Of a stretch of DNA of 64,000 nucleotides, positions 42,013 through 53,167 are shown piece after piece. Both the position numbers and the translations under genes were made by a program. Below the pieces are notes generated by a model. That model searched no databases and was not told the origin of the DNA. It saw only the letters and a list, made by a program, of their open reading frames with translations. Every line of letters starts with the position of its first letter. Position 1 is the first letter of the stretch. The DNA lies in contig CACFXU010000008.1 of the NCBI GenBank assembly GCA_902570155.1, forward strand, positions 1,088 to 65,087. Direction: 5' to 3'. This DNA comes from an uncultured Alphaproteobacteria bacterium (GTDB lineage Bacteria; Pseudomonadota; Alphaproteobacteria; HIMB59; GCA-002718135).

Positions 42013-42961
42013 TTTTCCTTTCTATAATTCTTTTTTTTATAATTCCAGCAATTCTTTTGCTTTCTTCTAGTTTCGTGTATGTCCAATTTTCTAATTTGTC
42101 TAAAGTATTAAAATCTCTTGTTATATTCATTTTTTTAAATTCTTCATGGAATCTTATAAATCTTTTACTTTTTCTCTTCATTGGCAATTGATAAACATAA
42201 ATTGGTTTTCCAGATATACTTGCTTCAGAAATCATAGAGGTTGAATCAGAAGTAATAATAAAATAACTAGAATTATAAAGAGCAAATTCGTATGGATTCT
42301 TTCCTTCTCCAAACCATAATGTAGATATGGAGTTCAATTCTTTGTTTAAAATATATTTAATTTCTTGATTAGTTCTTCTCGAGGTAATAACTAAAATTTC
42401 TTTATTATTATTATAGCTCTTCATTTTTTTTATTCTCTCGCAAAGATCCAAAGTATTTTCTTTTGAGAAATTATAGTGATTATTTTCACCTCCAATAATA
42501 CAAGTAATCAAATTTTTAGTATTAATTTCATAATGATTTTTTAAATTCTTAGTTTTTTTAAAATGATGTATCGCACCTGTTGAATTGATTATATTTTCAC
42601 CATGTAAAGCATCATGATTTGGAGCAATAACAAATGAAAAGTATTTTGAAGAAATTTTTGGGTTTTGAATATGAATATTAATTATATTAGGATATTTTTT
42701 TTTAAGATAGACTGATAAGTAAACACTTTTTCTTCCACAACTAATAACCACATCAGGTATTTCGTTTGTAGGTAACTTATTTTTAAATATCAAACTAAAA
42801 ATAGGAAGTATCCCTGGCTGTAATCTATTCCAAGGAAAAATTATTTCAGTTTTAACTTCTTTTATATTTACACTTAATTCATTTGCCAGACCTTTTGTCT
42901 GACTTATCATTCCTTGTGAACCATCAGTTAATGACCAAATTTTAGGATTGTCTATATTCAA
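42002..42961 (-). CDS. ELM1/DUF1022-family protein (predicted GT-B-like fold)
   Basis: 319 aa. The N-terminus KIWSLTDGSQGMISQTKGLANEL matches the ELM1/DUF1022 family start (IW.L.DG..G...Q..GLA..L). Confidence 0.68.
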   Translation of the reverse strand: MNIDNPKIWSLTDGSQGMISQTKGLANELSVNIKEVKTEIIFPWNRLQPGILPIFSLIFKNKLPTNEIPDVVISCGRKSVYLSVYLKKKYPNIINIHIQNPKISSKYFSFVIAPNHDALHGENIINSTGAIHHFKKTKNLKNHYEINTKNLITCIIGGENNHYNFSKENTLDLCERIKKMKSYNNNKEILVITSRRTNQEIKYILNKELNSISTLWFGEGKNPYEFALYNSSYFIITSDSTSMISEASISGKPIYVYQLPMKRKSKRFIRFHEEFKKMNITRDFNTLDKLENWTYTKLEESKRIAGIIKKRIIERKNES

Positions 42962-43431
42962 ATGTATTTTACTGATAATATTGTATAACTTTTTAAACCT
43001 TTTGGACTATTGATTTCAACATTGTCATCTTCTGTTTTACCAATTAAGCCTCTTGCTAAAGGACTAGTAATTGAAAGTTTTTTATTTTCAATATCTGATT
43101 CATATTCCCCAACAATTTGATATTTTTGTTTTTCTCCGCTTTCATCATCTTCTATTTCAACTGTTGCACCAAACTTAATATCGTCACTTTCAACAGATTT
43201 AACATCTATTACCTCTGCTTTACTAATAGCACTCTCTAAATCTATAATTCTTCCTTCAATTAAACTTTGTTGTTCTTTAGCATATTGATATTCTGCATTT
43301 TCAGATAAATCACCGTGGCTCCTAGCCTCTGCAATTGCTTCAATTATTTTTGGTCTATCCTCAGAAGTTAATTTTTTTAATTCATCTTGTAATTTTGTAT
43401 AACCCTCAGCAGTCATAGGAATTTTATTCAT
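42958..43431 (-). CDS. greA: Transcription elongation factor GreA
   Basis: 157 aa with an N-terminal coiled-coil (SHGDLSENAEYQYAKEQQ) and the C-terminal Gre domain (SPLARGLIGK). Confidence 0.93.
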   Translation of the reverse strand: MNKIPMTAEGYTKLQDELKKLTSEDRPKIIEAIAEARSHGDLSENAEYQYAKEQQSLIEGRIIDLESAISKAEVIDVKSVESDDIKFGATVEIEDDESGEKQKYQIVGEYESDIENKKLSITSPLARGLIGKTEDDNVEINSPKGLKSYTILSVKYI

Positions 43432-43471
43432 AAACTCATGATGATTTATTTATTTTTTATAGTCAATAAAA

Positions 43472-46400
43472 TTAATTTATAGTTTGAAGACTTTTTATTG
43501 TGAATTCTTGTGATTTCATATGTTCAATAGCATCTACAGCAACTTTTGCTCCAGCTATTGTTGTGTAATATGGAATATTATACATTAATGATGTTCTTCT
43601 AATACTATAGCTATCTCTAATAGATGATTGAGTTTTTGTTGTATTAATTACTAGCTGAATTTCATTATTAATTAATGAGTCAACTACATGAGGACTACCT
43701 TCTTTTACTTTATTTACTATTTTTGTCTTTATGTTATTAAAATTTAAGTATTCACCAGTCCCTTTAGTTGCAAGTAGATTAAAATCTAATTCTTTTAACT
43801 TTTGTGCTATCTCGATAATGAACTTTTTGTTATCATTATCTATTGAGATAAATACTGTACCTTTAGATGGAAGAATATTACCACAGGCTATTTGACTCTT
43901 TATATAGGAAGATAAAAAGGTTTCATCTATTCCCATAACTTCTCCTGTAGATTTCATTTCAGGACCTAATATTAGATCAACTCCATCAAATTTATTGAAA
44001 GGAAAAACAGATTCTTTTACGTTAAAGTTTTTTAATTCATTAATTTTATAATTATTCAAAATTGAATTAATATTTTCGCCAACCATTACTTTTGCTGCAA
44101 TTTTTGCGACTGGAATACCCTTTGATTTGGCCACAAATGGTACTGTCCTGCTGGCTCTGGGGTTTACTTCTAAAACATATATTTTTTTATCTTTAATTGC
44201 TAATTGGGTATTCATTAATCCTACAACATTAATTTCATTGGCAATTTTTGATACCCATTCAATTATTTTATTCTGAGTTTCTTTACTAACTGAATAGGGA
44301 GGTAAGGAACAAGCACTATCTCCAGAGTGAATTCCTGCCTCTTCGATGTGTTCCATAATCCCAGCTACAAATATTTCTCCATTTTTATCTCTAATTATAT
44401 CTACATCTATTTCTTTAGCATTCTCAAGATACTCATCAATTAAAATTACATTATTTGAAGAAACTTCAAGAGCTTCATTAGAAAATGATTCTAAATTATC
44501 TTTATCGTATGCGATTTGCATAGCTCTTCCTCCAAGTACATATGAAGGTCTAACTAAGACAGGATATCCAATTTCTTCAGCTTTTTCTAAAGTTTGAGCT
44601 ACAGTATTTGCAAAAGCATTTTTTGGCTGAGCAATTTTTAGTTTCATTAATATTTCACTGAATCTATCTCTATCTTCAGCTAAATCTATTGCTTCAGTTG
44701 AAGTTCCTATAACTTTAATTCCAGCCTCTTCTAATTCTTTTGCAATTTTTAAAGGAGTCTGGCCTCCAAATTGAACTAACGCACCAAGAACATTGCCATT
44801 ACTTTTTTCTTTATTGTAAATTTCAATGACACTTTCAGCTGAAAGTGGTTCAAAATAAAGTCTATCAGCAGTATCATAGTCGGTTGAAACTGTTTCTGGG
44901 TTACAATTTATCATTATTGTTTCAATGCCCTTTTCTTTCAACGCATAGACAGCATGTACACAGCAATAATCAAATTCAATGCCTTGACCAATTCTATTAG
45001 GACCACCTCCAAGAATTATTACTTTGTCTTTTGATGTAGGATTTGCTTCACAGAATTTAGTATTTTCAAAATCCCAATCGTAAGTAGAATAAAGATACGG
45101 AGTTTTAGAACTAAATTCACCTGCACAAGTATCCACTAGTCTGAAGACAGGATTAATATTGTTATTATTTCTATATTTTCTTAATTCTTTTTCTTTAATA
45201 TTTAATATTGATGAGATTTTACTATCCGAGAAGCCTATTTTCTTAGCATATAATATTATATCTTTTTTGAGGCCTTTTTCTTTTAATATTTTTTCAAAAT
45301 CAATTATTGTTTTAATTTGATATAAAAACCATTTATCATATTTTGTACTTTGATTTATTTCATCAACTGTTAATCCAATCCTTAGGGCTTCTCCTACAAC
45401 TAACAAGCGTTGAGAAGATTGTATTTTTAGTTCATTCAAAATTGTATTTTTATCATTTGAGTTAAGTTTTGGTTTATCAAAACCAGTTAGACCGTACTCA
45501 AGAGAATTAAACCCCTTTTGGATTGATTCATTAAAAGATCTACCTATACTCATTGCTTCTCCAACTGATTTCATGGATGTCGTTAAGTCAGAATTAGCAC
45601 CAACAAATTTTTCAAAGGTAAATCTTGGGATTTTAGTTACAACATAATCAATAGTTGGTTCAAAACTTGCTGGTGTTGTCGTAGTAATATCATTTTCAAG
45701 TTCATCCAAAGTATAACCTACGGCTAATTTTGCTGCAATTTTTGCTATTGGAAAACCTGTAGCTTTTGATGCTAACGCAGAAGATCTACTAACCCTTGGA
45801 TTCATTTCAATTACATTAATTTCACCATCTTCAGGATTTATTGCAAATTGAACATTTGACCCACCAGTATCTACACCTATTTTTCTGAGAACCTTAATGC
45901 TTGCATTCCTTAAAATTTGATATTCTTTATCAGTTAATGTTAAGGATGGAGCTACTGTAATACTATCTCCAGTATGAACACCCATTGGATCAACATTTTC
46001 AATTGAGCAAACAATAATACAATTATCTTTATTATCTCTCACAACTTCCATCTCAAATTCTTTCCAACCTGAAACAGATTTTTCAATAAGTATCTGATTT
46101 GTTGGGCTAGCATTTAAACCCCTATTACATAAATCAATAAAACCCTCATCATCATAGGCAACACCACCTCCGGTACCTCCAAGTGTAAAACTTGGTCTAA
46201 TGACAAGAGGTAAATTTAATTCATTTTTTACTCTTTTTGACTCTTCAATAGTGTTAACCACGTAACTTTTAGGACAGCTAAGACCAATTTCTTTCATGGC
46301 ATCTTTAAATTTTTGCCTATCCTCAGCTAATTCTATTGCTGTTGGATTAGCTCCAATCATTTTTACTCCGTGTTTTTCAAGTATACCATTATTAAAAAGT

Positions 46401-46702
46401 TCCATTGATACGTTTAAAGCAGTTTGCCCTCCCATAGTTGGTAGAAGAGCATCTGGTTTTTCAATTCCGATTATTTTTTCCACAAATTCTTTAGTTATAG
46501 GTTCAATATAAGTTTGATCAGCTAATTCTGGATCAGTCATTATTGTTGCAGGATTTGAATTAATTAATACAATTTTGTAACCTTCATCTTTGAGAGACTT
46601 ACATGCTTGAGCACCCGAGTAATCAAATTCACAAGCTTGACCAATAACTATAGGGCCTGCACCTACTATTAATATTTTATTTATATCAGTTCTTTTTGGC
46701 AT
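43472..46702 (-). CDS. carB: Carbamoyl-phosphate synthase large subunit
   Basis: The canonical N-terminus [30 protein letters not shown] begins at the ATG at 46702, with a 17-nt overlap with carA. Duplicated ATP-grasp halves and an MGS-like C-terminal domain. The ORF-track extension to 46786 is rejected. Confidence 0.95.
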   Translation of the reverse strand: MPKRTDINKILIVGAGPIVIGQACEFDYSGAQACKSLKDEGYKIVLINSNPATIMTDPELADQTYIEPITKEFVEKIIGIEKPDALLPTMGGQTALNVSMELFNNGILEKHGVKMIGANPTAIELAEDRQKFKDAMKEIGLSCPKSYVVNTIEESKRVKNELNLPLVIRPSFTLGGTGGGVAYDDEGFIDLCNRGLNASPTNQILIEKSVSGWKEFEMEVVRDNKDNCIIVCSIENVDPMGVHTGDSITVAPSLTLTDKEYQILRNASIKVLRKIGVDTGGSNVQFAINPEDGEINVIEMNPRVSRSSALASKATGFPIAKIAAKLAVGYTLDELENDITTTTPASFEPTIDYVVTKIPRFTFEKFVGANSDLTTSMKSVGEAMSIGRSFNESIQKGFNSLEYGLTGFDKPKLNSNDKNTILNELKIQSSQRLLVVGEALRIGLTVDEINQSTKYDKWFLYQIKTIIDFEKILKEKGLKKDIILYAKKIGFSDSKISSILNIKEKELRKYRNNNNINPVFRLVDTCAGEFSSKTPYLYSTYDWDFENTKFCEANPTSKDKVIILGGGPNRIGQGIEFDYCCVHAVYALKEKGIETIMINCNPETVSTDYDTADRLYFEPLSAESVIEIYNKEKSNGNVLGALVQFGGQTPLKIAKELEEAGIKVIGTSTEAIDLAEDRDRFSEILMKLKIAQPKNAFANTVAQTLEKAEEIGYPVLVRPSYVLGGRAMQIAYDKDNLESFSNEALEVSSNNVILIDEYLENAKEIDVDIIRDKNGEIFVAGIMEHIEEAGIHSGDSACSLPPYSVSKETQNKIIEWVSKIANEINVVGLMNTQLAIKDKKIYVLEVNPRASRTVPFVAKSKGIPVAKIAAKVMVGENINSILNNYKINELKNFNVKESVFPFNKFDGVDLILGPEMKSTGEVMGIDETFLSSYIKSQIACGNILPSKGTVFISIDNDNKKFIIEIAQKLKELDFNLLATKGTGEYLNFNNIKTKIVNKVKEGSPHVVDSLINNEIQLVINTTKTQSSIRDSYSIRRTSLMYNIPYYTTIAGAKVAVDAIEHMKSQEFTIKSLQTIN

Positions 46703-47873
46703 TTTTCTCAATAAGTTTATAAAATTCTTCAAACAAATAATGACTATCATGTGGACCAGGTGACGCCTCTGGATGATATTGAACACTAAATACTGGTAAA
46801 TGCTTATGTCTCAAACCTTCATTAGTCCCATCAAAAAGTGAAACATGAGTTTCAATTATATCTTTGCCAAAACTATCTCTATCAACTTCAAATCCATGAT
46901 TTTGTGAAGTAATTTCAACAATACCTGTTGTAAGATTTTTGACGGGATGGTTTGAACCTCTGTGACCCTGAAACATTTTTTTAGTACTTGCATTTAATGC
47001 CATTCCTAATATTTGATGCCCTAAACATATTCCAAATATTGGAATATTATCATCAATTAATTTTTTAATCACATCAACTATTTTACTACCTGTGGCATAA
47101 GGATCACCAGGGCCGTTTGATAAAAATATTCCTGAAGGATTAGTTTCTATTATTTCTTCGTAGCTAGAAAATAAGTTTAATACAGTTGGGTTAAGATTAA
47201 ATTCATTTAGATTTCTTAAAATGTTATTTTTGATACCAAAGTCTAAGCAAGTGACATTATATTTAAATTTGCTTTTAATTGATTTATCACTTTTCCATAT
47301 TCCTTTTTTCCAATTATAGTTTTGCTCTGTCGATACTATTCCTGCCAAATCTAAATTTTGAAGACCTTTCCACTCATTTATTTGAGTTTTAAGTTTTTCA
47401 ATTTTATTTTCATCTTCTCCAAAGTGAATAATTGCGGCCTTCTTAGCTCCCTCAATAGATAATTTCTTAGTTAAGTATCTAGTATCAACTCCAAAAATAC
47501 ATGGAATTTTGTTTTTTAAAAAATATGAATTTAAGTCATTTTCTGCTCTCCAATTTGAATATTCTGATAATGGCTGATTTATTACGCAGCCATCAGCGTA
47601 GATTTTTTTTGACTCTTGATCTTCTTGATTTGTGCCTACAATTCCAACATGTGGAAAAGTAAATGTAATGATTTGTTTTGTATATGAGGGATCAGATAAT
47701 GCTTCTTGATAGCCTGTTTGAGAGGTATTAAAACAAAGTTCACCTACGGCAGCCTTTTTTTCTCCTAATCCATAACCCCATAATATTTCACCATTTTCTA
47801 ATACAAGAGCTGCAGTTTTATTGTGTATATGTGGTTCTTTTTTTAAAACTTCCATTATATTTAGACGAAGCAA
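46686..47873 (-). CDS. carA: Carbamoyl-phosphate synthase small (glutaminase) subunit
   Basis: 395 aa with a class-I GATase triad context (GICLGHQ, HPE). The start may be the internal Met (MEVLKK). Confidence 0.92.
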   Translation of the reverse strand: MLRLNIMEVLKKEPHIHNKTAALVLENGEILWGYGLGEKKAAVGELCFNTSQTGYQEALSDPSYTKQIITFTFPHVGIVGTNQEDQESKKIYADGCVINQPLSEYSNWRAENDLNSYFLKNKIPCIFGVDTRYLTKKLSIEGAKKAAIIHFGEDENKIEKLKTQINEWKGLQNLDLAGIVSTEQNYNWKKGIWKSDKSIKSKFKYNVTCLDFGIKNNILRNLNEFNLNPTVLNLFSSYEEIIETNPSGIFLSNGPGDPYATGSKIVDVIKKLIDDNIPIFGICLGHQILGMALNASTKKMFQGHRGSNHPVKNLTTGIVEITSQNHGFEVDRDSFGKDIIETHVSLFDGTNEGLRHKHLPVFSVQYHPEASPGPHDSHYLFEEFYKLIEKNAKKN

Positions 47874-47975
47874 AATGATAGTTAGTAGGCATTTATAACA
47901 ATGTAGTCAAGGATTAGTTGAAATTAAAAAGAAGAATTATATTATTAAATTAAATTTATTAGAAAGTGAAAAAAT

Positions 47976-48431
47976 ATGAGCTTAAAGGATAAAATTGAAA
48001 GTGATTATAATAATTCTATCAAAGAAAAAGATAGTAATTCCATCAATACTTTAAGATTAATAAAGAGCGCAATTAAGGATAAGGAGATTTCTCTTAGAGG
48101 TAAGCAAGACGCTTTGACCGATTCTGATATTTTAAGTTTACTTCAAAGTCTAGTAAAACAAAGAAAAGATTCAATAGACGCTTTTGAAAAAGCGAATCGG
48201 AATGATCTTATTGAAAATGAACTAAATGAAATAAAAGTAATAGAAATGTTTTTACCAAAACAAATGGATGAAGATGAGACAAGATTGATCATAAAGAATA
48301 TAATTCAAGAGAATAATTATACATCAATCAAAGAAATGGGTGCCCTTATGAAAATAATTAAGGAACACTATACTGGAAAAATAGATATGGGTTTAGTAGG
48401 AAAAATAGCTAAATCTTTACTGGATAATTAA
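47976..48431 (+). CDS. GatB/YqeY-domain protein
   Basis: 151 aa with a YqeY-like pattern (LRLIKSAIKDKEI...QRKDSIDAFEKANR.DL...E). The stop overlaps the dnaG ATG (TAATG). Confidence 0.8.
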   Translation: MSLKDKIESDYNNSIKEKDSNSINTLRLIKSAIKDKEISLRGKQDALTDSDILSLLQSLVKQRKDSIDAFEKANRNDLIENELNEIKVIEMFLPKQMDEDETRLIIKNIIQENNYTSIKEMGALMKIIKEHYTGKIDMGLVGKIAKSLLDN

Positions 48432-50179
48432 TGTCATTTTCAAAAAATGATCTTGAATTAATAAAATCAAAAATTCTTCTTTCACAAGAAATAGAAAAAA
48501 AAACAAAAGTCATAAAAAAAGGAAAAGATAGTTGGTGTTGTTGTCCATTTCATGATGAAAAAACTCCATCTTGCAAGATAAATGATGATTTAGGTTCTTA
48601 TTACTGTTTTGGATGTGGAGCCAAAGGAGATATATTTACAATATATACAGAGCTTTATAATTTTTCATTCCCTGAAGCAGTAAAAGAATTAGCTCAAAGA
48701 GTTGGTATTAGACTAGTTGATAATTTTGATTCAAATATGAATAAAAAAAATGATAAAATTTATAAAATTTTAGAAATTTCCACAAAATGGTTCCAAGACA
48801 ATCTAGAAGTAAATAAAGATTGTCAAAGATATTTAAATAAAAGAAATTTGTCAGACGAGACTATAAAATTTTTTAAGTTAGGATTTTCTTCTAATTCAAA
48901 ACAAACTCTTTATCAATTTCTAAAAGAACAAGGTTTTGAAGATAAAGAACTTCTTGAAAGTAATTTAATAAAATTAGATAAAAATAATAAGATACGTGAT
49001 TTTTTTTACAATAGACTTATGTTTCCAATTACAAATGAATATGGAAAAATTGTTGGATTTGGTGGTAGAGTATTAGATAATTCAAATCCTAAATATATTA
49101 ATTCACCTGAAAGTGATTTTTTTAAAAAAAGAAATATTTTGTTTAATCTTTTTAACGCTAAACAAACTATAAGGTCAAAAAAAAATATGCTTATTTGTGA
49201 AGGATATATGGATGTAATAAGTTTGTATGATAAAAATATTAAAACAGCTGTGGCTCCACTTGGCACCTCTTTGACTGATAGCCATCTTCAATTATCATGG
49301 AAATATGTAAACAAACCAACATTGATGTTCGATGGAGACTCTTCAGGATTAAAAGCTTCTTTCAAAAGTGCTATAATGTCTTTACCTTACTTAACTCCTT
49401 CTAAATTATTACAATTTGTCATACTTCCAAATGAATATGATCCTGATACTTTTATCAATGAATTTTCTTTAAAAAAATTTGCAACATATTTAACAACTCC
49501 ACTTTCAATAGTAGATTTTATATTTCAGGAATCTTCAAAATCAATTGATCTAAAAAAATCAGATAATAAGATTATTTTTGACAATTATATTGATGAATTA
49601 GTAAGTAATATAAAAGATACCAAAATAAGATATTTTTACAAAAATGAATTTAAGACTTTGTTTTTTAAAAAATTAAAATCATTTTCAAATACAACAAATA
49701 CAATCAATATTATTCCTACAAAAAACTCTTTGAAAGAAAAACAAATCTTTTCTTTTATAGCTGCATACTTAAATCACGTAAAATTAAGAAATAAAATATA
49801 TTCACTCTTATCTAAATCAGAATTATTAAATAAATATCAGTTAGAATTCTTAAATTTTATTCACAAAACAGATCTTGTAGAGACTGGAATAGATAATATT
49901 AAAACAGATAATTTATCAAAAATATTCTCTGAAATTTATAAAAAATCAACGGATAGCTCTATTTTTCAACTATTTCCTTATGCTAGCAATGGTTATAATG
50001 AAGACAATGCCCTAAAAGAAATTAATGAATCTATAAATAATTTAAATACAAGACTTTCAAATTTGAAAAAAATAAATAAAAGCCTAAATGATATTGATAA
50101 TAATCCATCAACAATGACATGGGATGAATTAAAAAATATTAGTTTTAATCTTCAAGATATTGAAGAGGTATTTGAATAG
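48431..50179 (+). CDS. dnaG: DNA primase
   Basis: 582 aa with a zinc-binding [13 protein letters not shown]...CFGCG motif and a TOPRIM domain (ICEGYMDV...FDGDSSG). Confidence 0.92.
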   Translation: MSFSKNDLELIKSKILLSQEIEKKTKVIKKGKDSWCCCPFHDEKTPSCKINDDLGSYYCFGCGAKGDIFTIYTELYNFSFPEAVKELAQRVGIRLVDNFDSNMNKKNDKIYKILEISTKWFQDNLEVNKDCQRYLNKRNLSDETIKFFKLGFSSNSKQTLYQFLKEQGFEDKELLESNLIKLDKNNKIRDFFYNRLMFPITNEYGKIVGFGGRVLDNSNPKYINSPESDFFKKRNILFNLFNAKQTIRSKKNMLICEGYMDVISLYDKNIKTAVAPLGTSLTDSHLQLSWKYVNKPTLMFDGDSSGLKASFKSAIMSLPYLTPSKLLQFVILPNEYDPDTFINEFSLKKFATYLTTPLSIVDFIFQESSKSIDLKKSDNKIIFDNYIDELVSNIKDTKIRYFYKNEFKTLFFKKLKSFSNTTNTINIIPTKNSLKEKQIFSFIAAYLNHVKLRNKIYSLLSKSELLNKYQLEFLNFIHKTDLVETGIDNIKTDNLSKIFSEIYKKSTDSSIFQLFPYASNGYNEDNALKEINESINNLNTRLSNLKKINKSLNDIDNNPSTMTWDELKNISFNLQDIEEVFE

Positions 50180-52340
50180 AGTTATGGCTAAAAAGAAAAA
50201 AAAAGTTACTAAGAAAAAAACTGCATTATCTAAAAAAAAGTCATCTGTTAAGAAGAATTTAAAAAAGAAAAACACTAAAGCAAGATCTAAAAAAAATCCT
50301 AAATCTAAAATTCTTAAGAAAACAAAAAAAACTGTTGCAAAAAAAGTTTCTAAAAAATTTGAAGCTAAAAATTTAAAAAAAGATAAACCTGCAAAAATAC
50401 CTAAAGCAATTTCAGGGTTTGAGGATAAAATCAAAGATATTTTTACAAAATTAATCAATAAACATAAAGTTGATGGAATATATACAAAAAAAATAATTGA
50501 GAAAGCAATACCAAAAAAACTTAGACTCGAAGAAAATATAGAAAAGTTTGAAAATTTTATTAAATCTAATGACATAAAAATTTACTCTGAAGAAGAAGCT
50601 CAAGAATTAATTTCATTAGCTAAAGAACAAGCAAATAAATCTGAAGAAGCTTCTGAAGATCAAGAAAAAAAACAAACAGGAAAAACTGACGACCCAGTAA
50701 GATTATATCTGAGAGATATGGGCGCAGTAGAGCTTTTAAGTCGCGAAGGAGAGATTGCAATTGCTAAAAGAATAGAAGCTGGAAGAGAGAAGATGATTGG
50801 AGCTATTTGTGAAAGTCCAATGACAATCAGATCAATAATAAATTGGAAAGATGCAATAAAAGATGGGACAATGTTATTAAGAGACATAGTTGATTTAGAA
50901 GCCACATACGACATGTCAGATATTTCTGATTCAAAACTTGATGATACATTTAAGTTAATTGAAAGTGGAGCAGATGAAAAAAATAATGATAAGAAAAAAG
51001 ATCAATCTGAAGATAATAATGACGAAAATAGTGATGGTGATCAGCAACAAGATGATGATGATGATAGTTTAAACGTATCTTTAGCAGCAATGGAAGAAAA
51101 ACTTAAGCCAAAAGTCTTAAACGATTTTAATGATATAACTAAATTATTCAAAAAGCTTCAAAAACATAGTCAAGAGTTAATAAATGCTGATAAAAAAAAT
51201 GAAAAAAACTACAATACCTTGGAAAAAAAATATTTAAAAATTCAAAAAGAAATGGTTGCCGCCATGAAAGCTGTACATTTTAATTCTACAACAATTGAAG
51301 CACTGATGGAGGCGTTATATGAGTTAAATAAAAAACTTCTTTTGCGTGAAGGTAAAATGCTCCGTATGGCAACGAGTGCTGGAGTTAAAAGAGAAGATTT
51401 TATATCTCAATATTTAAATTTCAACTTTGAAAAAAACTGGATTCAAAGTCTTTTAGCAACAAAAGATAAAAATTGGGAAAAGTTTATTAATAGAAATCAT
51501 ATTGAAATTAATAAAAATATTGAAGAAATCCGAGAAATACAATTAGCTTCTGAGTTACCTTTATCTGAATTTAGAAGAATAGTCGGCACTGTACAACAAG
51601 GTGAAAGATCTGCCAATAGAGCAAAAAAAGAAATGATAGAATCTAATTTAAGATTAGTTATTTCAATAGCAAAAAAATATACCAATAGAGGGCTACAATT
51701 TTTAGATTTAATCCAAGAAGGTAATATAGGTTTGATGAAAGCTGTAGATAAATTTGAATATCGCAGGGGTTACAAATTTTCTACTTACGCAACATGGTGG
51801 ATTAGGCAGGCAATTACAAGGTCCATTGCTGATCAAGCAAGAACAATTAGAATACCAGTTCATATGATAGAAACTATCAATAAAATAGTTAGAACTACAA
51901 GACAAATAATGTCAGAGATTGGAAGAGAGCCAACACCTAATGAATTGGCTGAAAGATTACATATGCCTTTAGATAAAGTTAAAAAAGTTTTAAAAATTGC
52001 TAAAGAACCAATAAGTTTAGAAACTCCAGTTGGTGATGAAGAAGATAGTTCTCTTGGCGATTTTATAGAGGATAAAAATGCACTTATACCTATAGAAGCT
52101 GCTGTAAAAAGTTCATTACGTGACACTACTACCAGAATTCTTTCATCTCTTACTCCTAGAGAAGAGAGAGTTCTTAGAATGAGGTTTGGTATTGGAATGA
52201 ATAGTGATCATACTTTAGAGGAAGTTGGGCAACAATTCAGTGTTACAAGAGAAAGAATAAGGCAAATAGAAGCAAAAGCACTAAGAAAATTAAAACATCC
52301 AACAAGAGCTAGAAAGTTAAAAACATTTCTTGACGAATAA
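50160..52340 (+). CDS. rpoD: RNA polymerase primary sigma factor (sigma-70) with Lys-rich N-terminal extension
   Basis: Regions 1.2-4.2 are clear ([50 protein letters not shown]). The first ATG at 50160 overlaps dnaG by 20 nt; an alternative ATG lies at 50184, just after the dnaG stop. Confidence 0.95.
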   Translation: MKRYLNRVMAKKKKKVTKKKTALSKKKSSVKKNLKKKNTKARSKKNPKSKILKKTKKTVAKKVSKKFEAKNLKKDKPAKIPKAISGFEDKIKDIFTKLINKHKVDGIYTKKIIEKAIPKKLRLEENIEKFENFIKSNDIKIYSEEEAQELISLAKEQANKSEEASEDQEKKQTGKTDDPVRLYLRDMGAVELLSREGEIAIAKRIEAGREKMIGAICESPMTIRSIINWKDAIKDGTMLLRDIVDLEATYDMSDISDSKLDDTFKLIESGADEKNNDKKKDQSEDNNDENSDGDQQQDDDDDSLNVSLAAMEEKLKPKVLNDFNDITKLFKKLQKHSQELINADKKNEKNYNTLEKKYLKIQKEMVAAMKAVHFNSTTIEALMEALYELNKKLLLREGKMLRMATSAGVKREDFISQYLNFNFEKNWIQSLLATKDKNWEKFINRNHIEINKNIEEIREIQLASELPLSEFRRIVGTVQQGERSANRAKKEMIESNLRLVISIAKKYTNRGLQFLDLIQEGNIGLMKAVDKFEYRRGYKFSTYATWWIRQAITRSIADQARTIRIPVHMIETINKIVRTTRQIMSEIGREPTPNELAERLHMPLDKVKKVLKIAKEPISLETPVGDEEDSSLGDFIEDKNALIPIEAAVKSSLRDTTTRILSSLTPREERVLRMRFGIGMNSDHTLEEVGQQFSVTRERIRQIEAKALRKLKHPTRARKLKTFLDE

Positions 52341-53167
52341 TGAAGCTAACGCTTCTTGGAACTGGGTGCCCTTCAATTGATTATAAACGGTGTGGATCAG
52401 CAAACTTAATTTGTTCAAAAAAAACTAAAATTCTAATTGATTGTGGTTCTGGTGTAACACAAAGATTAAACCAAAGTGGACATTCTTCTGCAGAGATTGA
52501 TGCATTATTACTTACACATTTGCACACTGACCATGTAATAGATTTATACCAATTAGTTATATCATCCTGGCATTCGGATAGAGATTCAATTTGGAAAATA
52601 TATGGTCCTAAAGGAACAAAAAAATTTGTTGATCAAATTTTTCTAGCTTGGAAAAATGAACGAAATTTAAGAATTTCTTATGAAAAAAGAAAATCTATAA
52701 AGGCTCTAAAATATAAAGTTTATGAATTTGATAAAACAGGTTCAATAAATATAAAAGATATAAAGTTTAAATATTTTGAAGTAGATCACAAGCCAGTACC
52801 ATATTCTTATGGTTTTTCATTTTATAATAATAAAAAGAAATTAACTATAAGTGGTGATACAAGACCATGCGAAAGTTTAATGCAAAATGCTCAGAACTCA
52901 GATGTTTTACTTCATGAAGTTTTTATAGAATATGAAATGAATAAAACATCAAAGCTAAGAACTAAAAAAACATTACATAATGTTAAAGAATATCACACTC
53001 CAAGTAATCTTGTTGGTAAAGTAGCTAAACTAACAAACTGTAAAAAACTTGTTTTAACACATTTTGTTCCAACAAGATTTAATGTTTCAAAATTAAAGAA
53101 AATTGTAAAAAAAGATTTTGGCAAAGATCCAATAATTGGAGAAGATTTATTAACAGTAAATATCTAA
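52340..53167 (+). CDS. MBL-fold metallo-hydrolase (RNase Z/ElaC-like)
   Basis: 275 aa with an N-terminal LLGTG...ILIDCGSG segment and the HxHxDH motif (THLHTDHVIDL). The ATG shares a base with the rpoD TAA (TAATG). Confidence 0.68.
   Translation: MKLTLLGTGCPSIDYKRCGSANLICSKKTKILIDCGSGVTQRLNQSGHSSAEIDALLLTHLHTDHVIDLYQLVISSWHSDRDSIWKIYGPKGTKKFVDQIFLAWKNERNLRISYEKRKSIKALKYKVYEFDKTGSINIKDIKFKYFEVDHKPVPYSYGFSFYNNKKKLTISGDTRPCESLMQNAQNSDVLLHEVFIEYEMNKTSKLRTKKTLHNVKEYHTPSNLVGKVAKLTNCKKLVLTHFVPTRFNVSKLKKIVKKDFGKDPIIGEDLLTVNI

Noticed and set aside
46703-46786. 28-codon N-terminal extension of carB in the ORF track ([28 protein letters not shown]).
   Set aside because: The canonical CarB N-terminus [20 protein letters not shown] starts at the internal ATG at 46702. 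The extension lies inside the 3' end of carA and has no homologous counterpart.
50184-50420. A-rich tract (longest run A9 at 50196-50204) in rpoD as a slipped-strand phase-variation switch.
   Set aside because: The gene is essential, the runs are short, and they are interrupted by G/T every few bases. They are better explained as Lys codons of the basic tail.
50129-50575. 148-aa minus-strand ORF rich in Phe/Leu (…[13 protein letters not shown]…).
   Set aside because: It is the mirror image of the Lys-rich AAA/AAG codon run at the 5' end of rpoD, since the antisense of AAA is TTT. It overlaps two conserved genes (dnaG and rpoD) and has no independent support.
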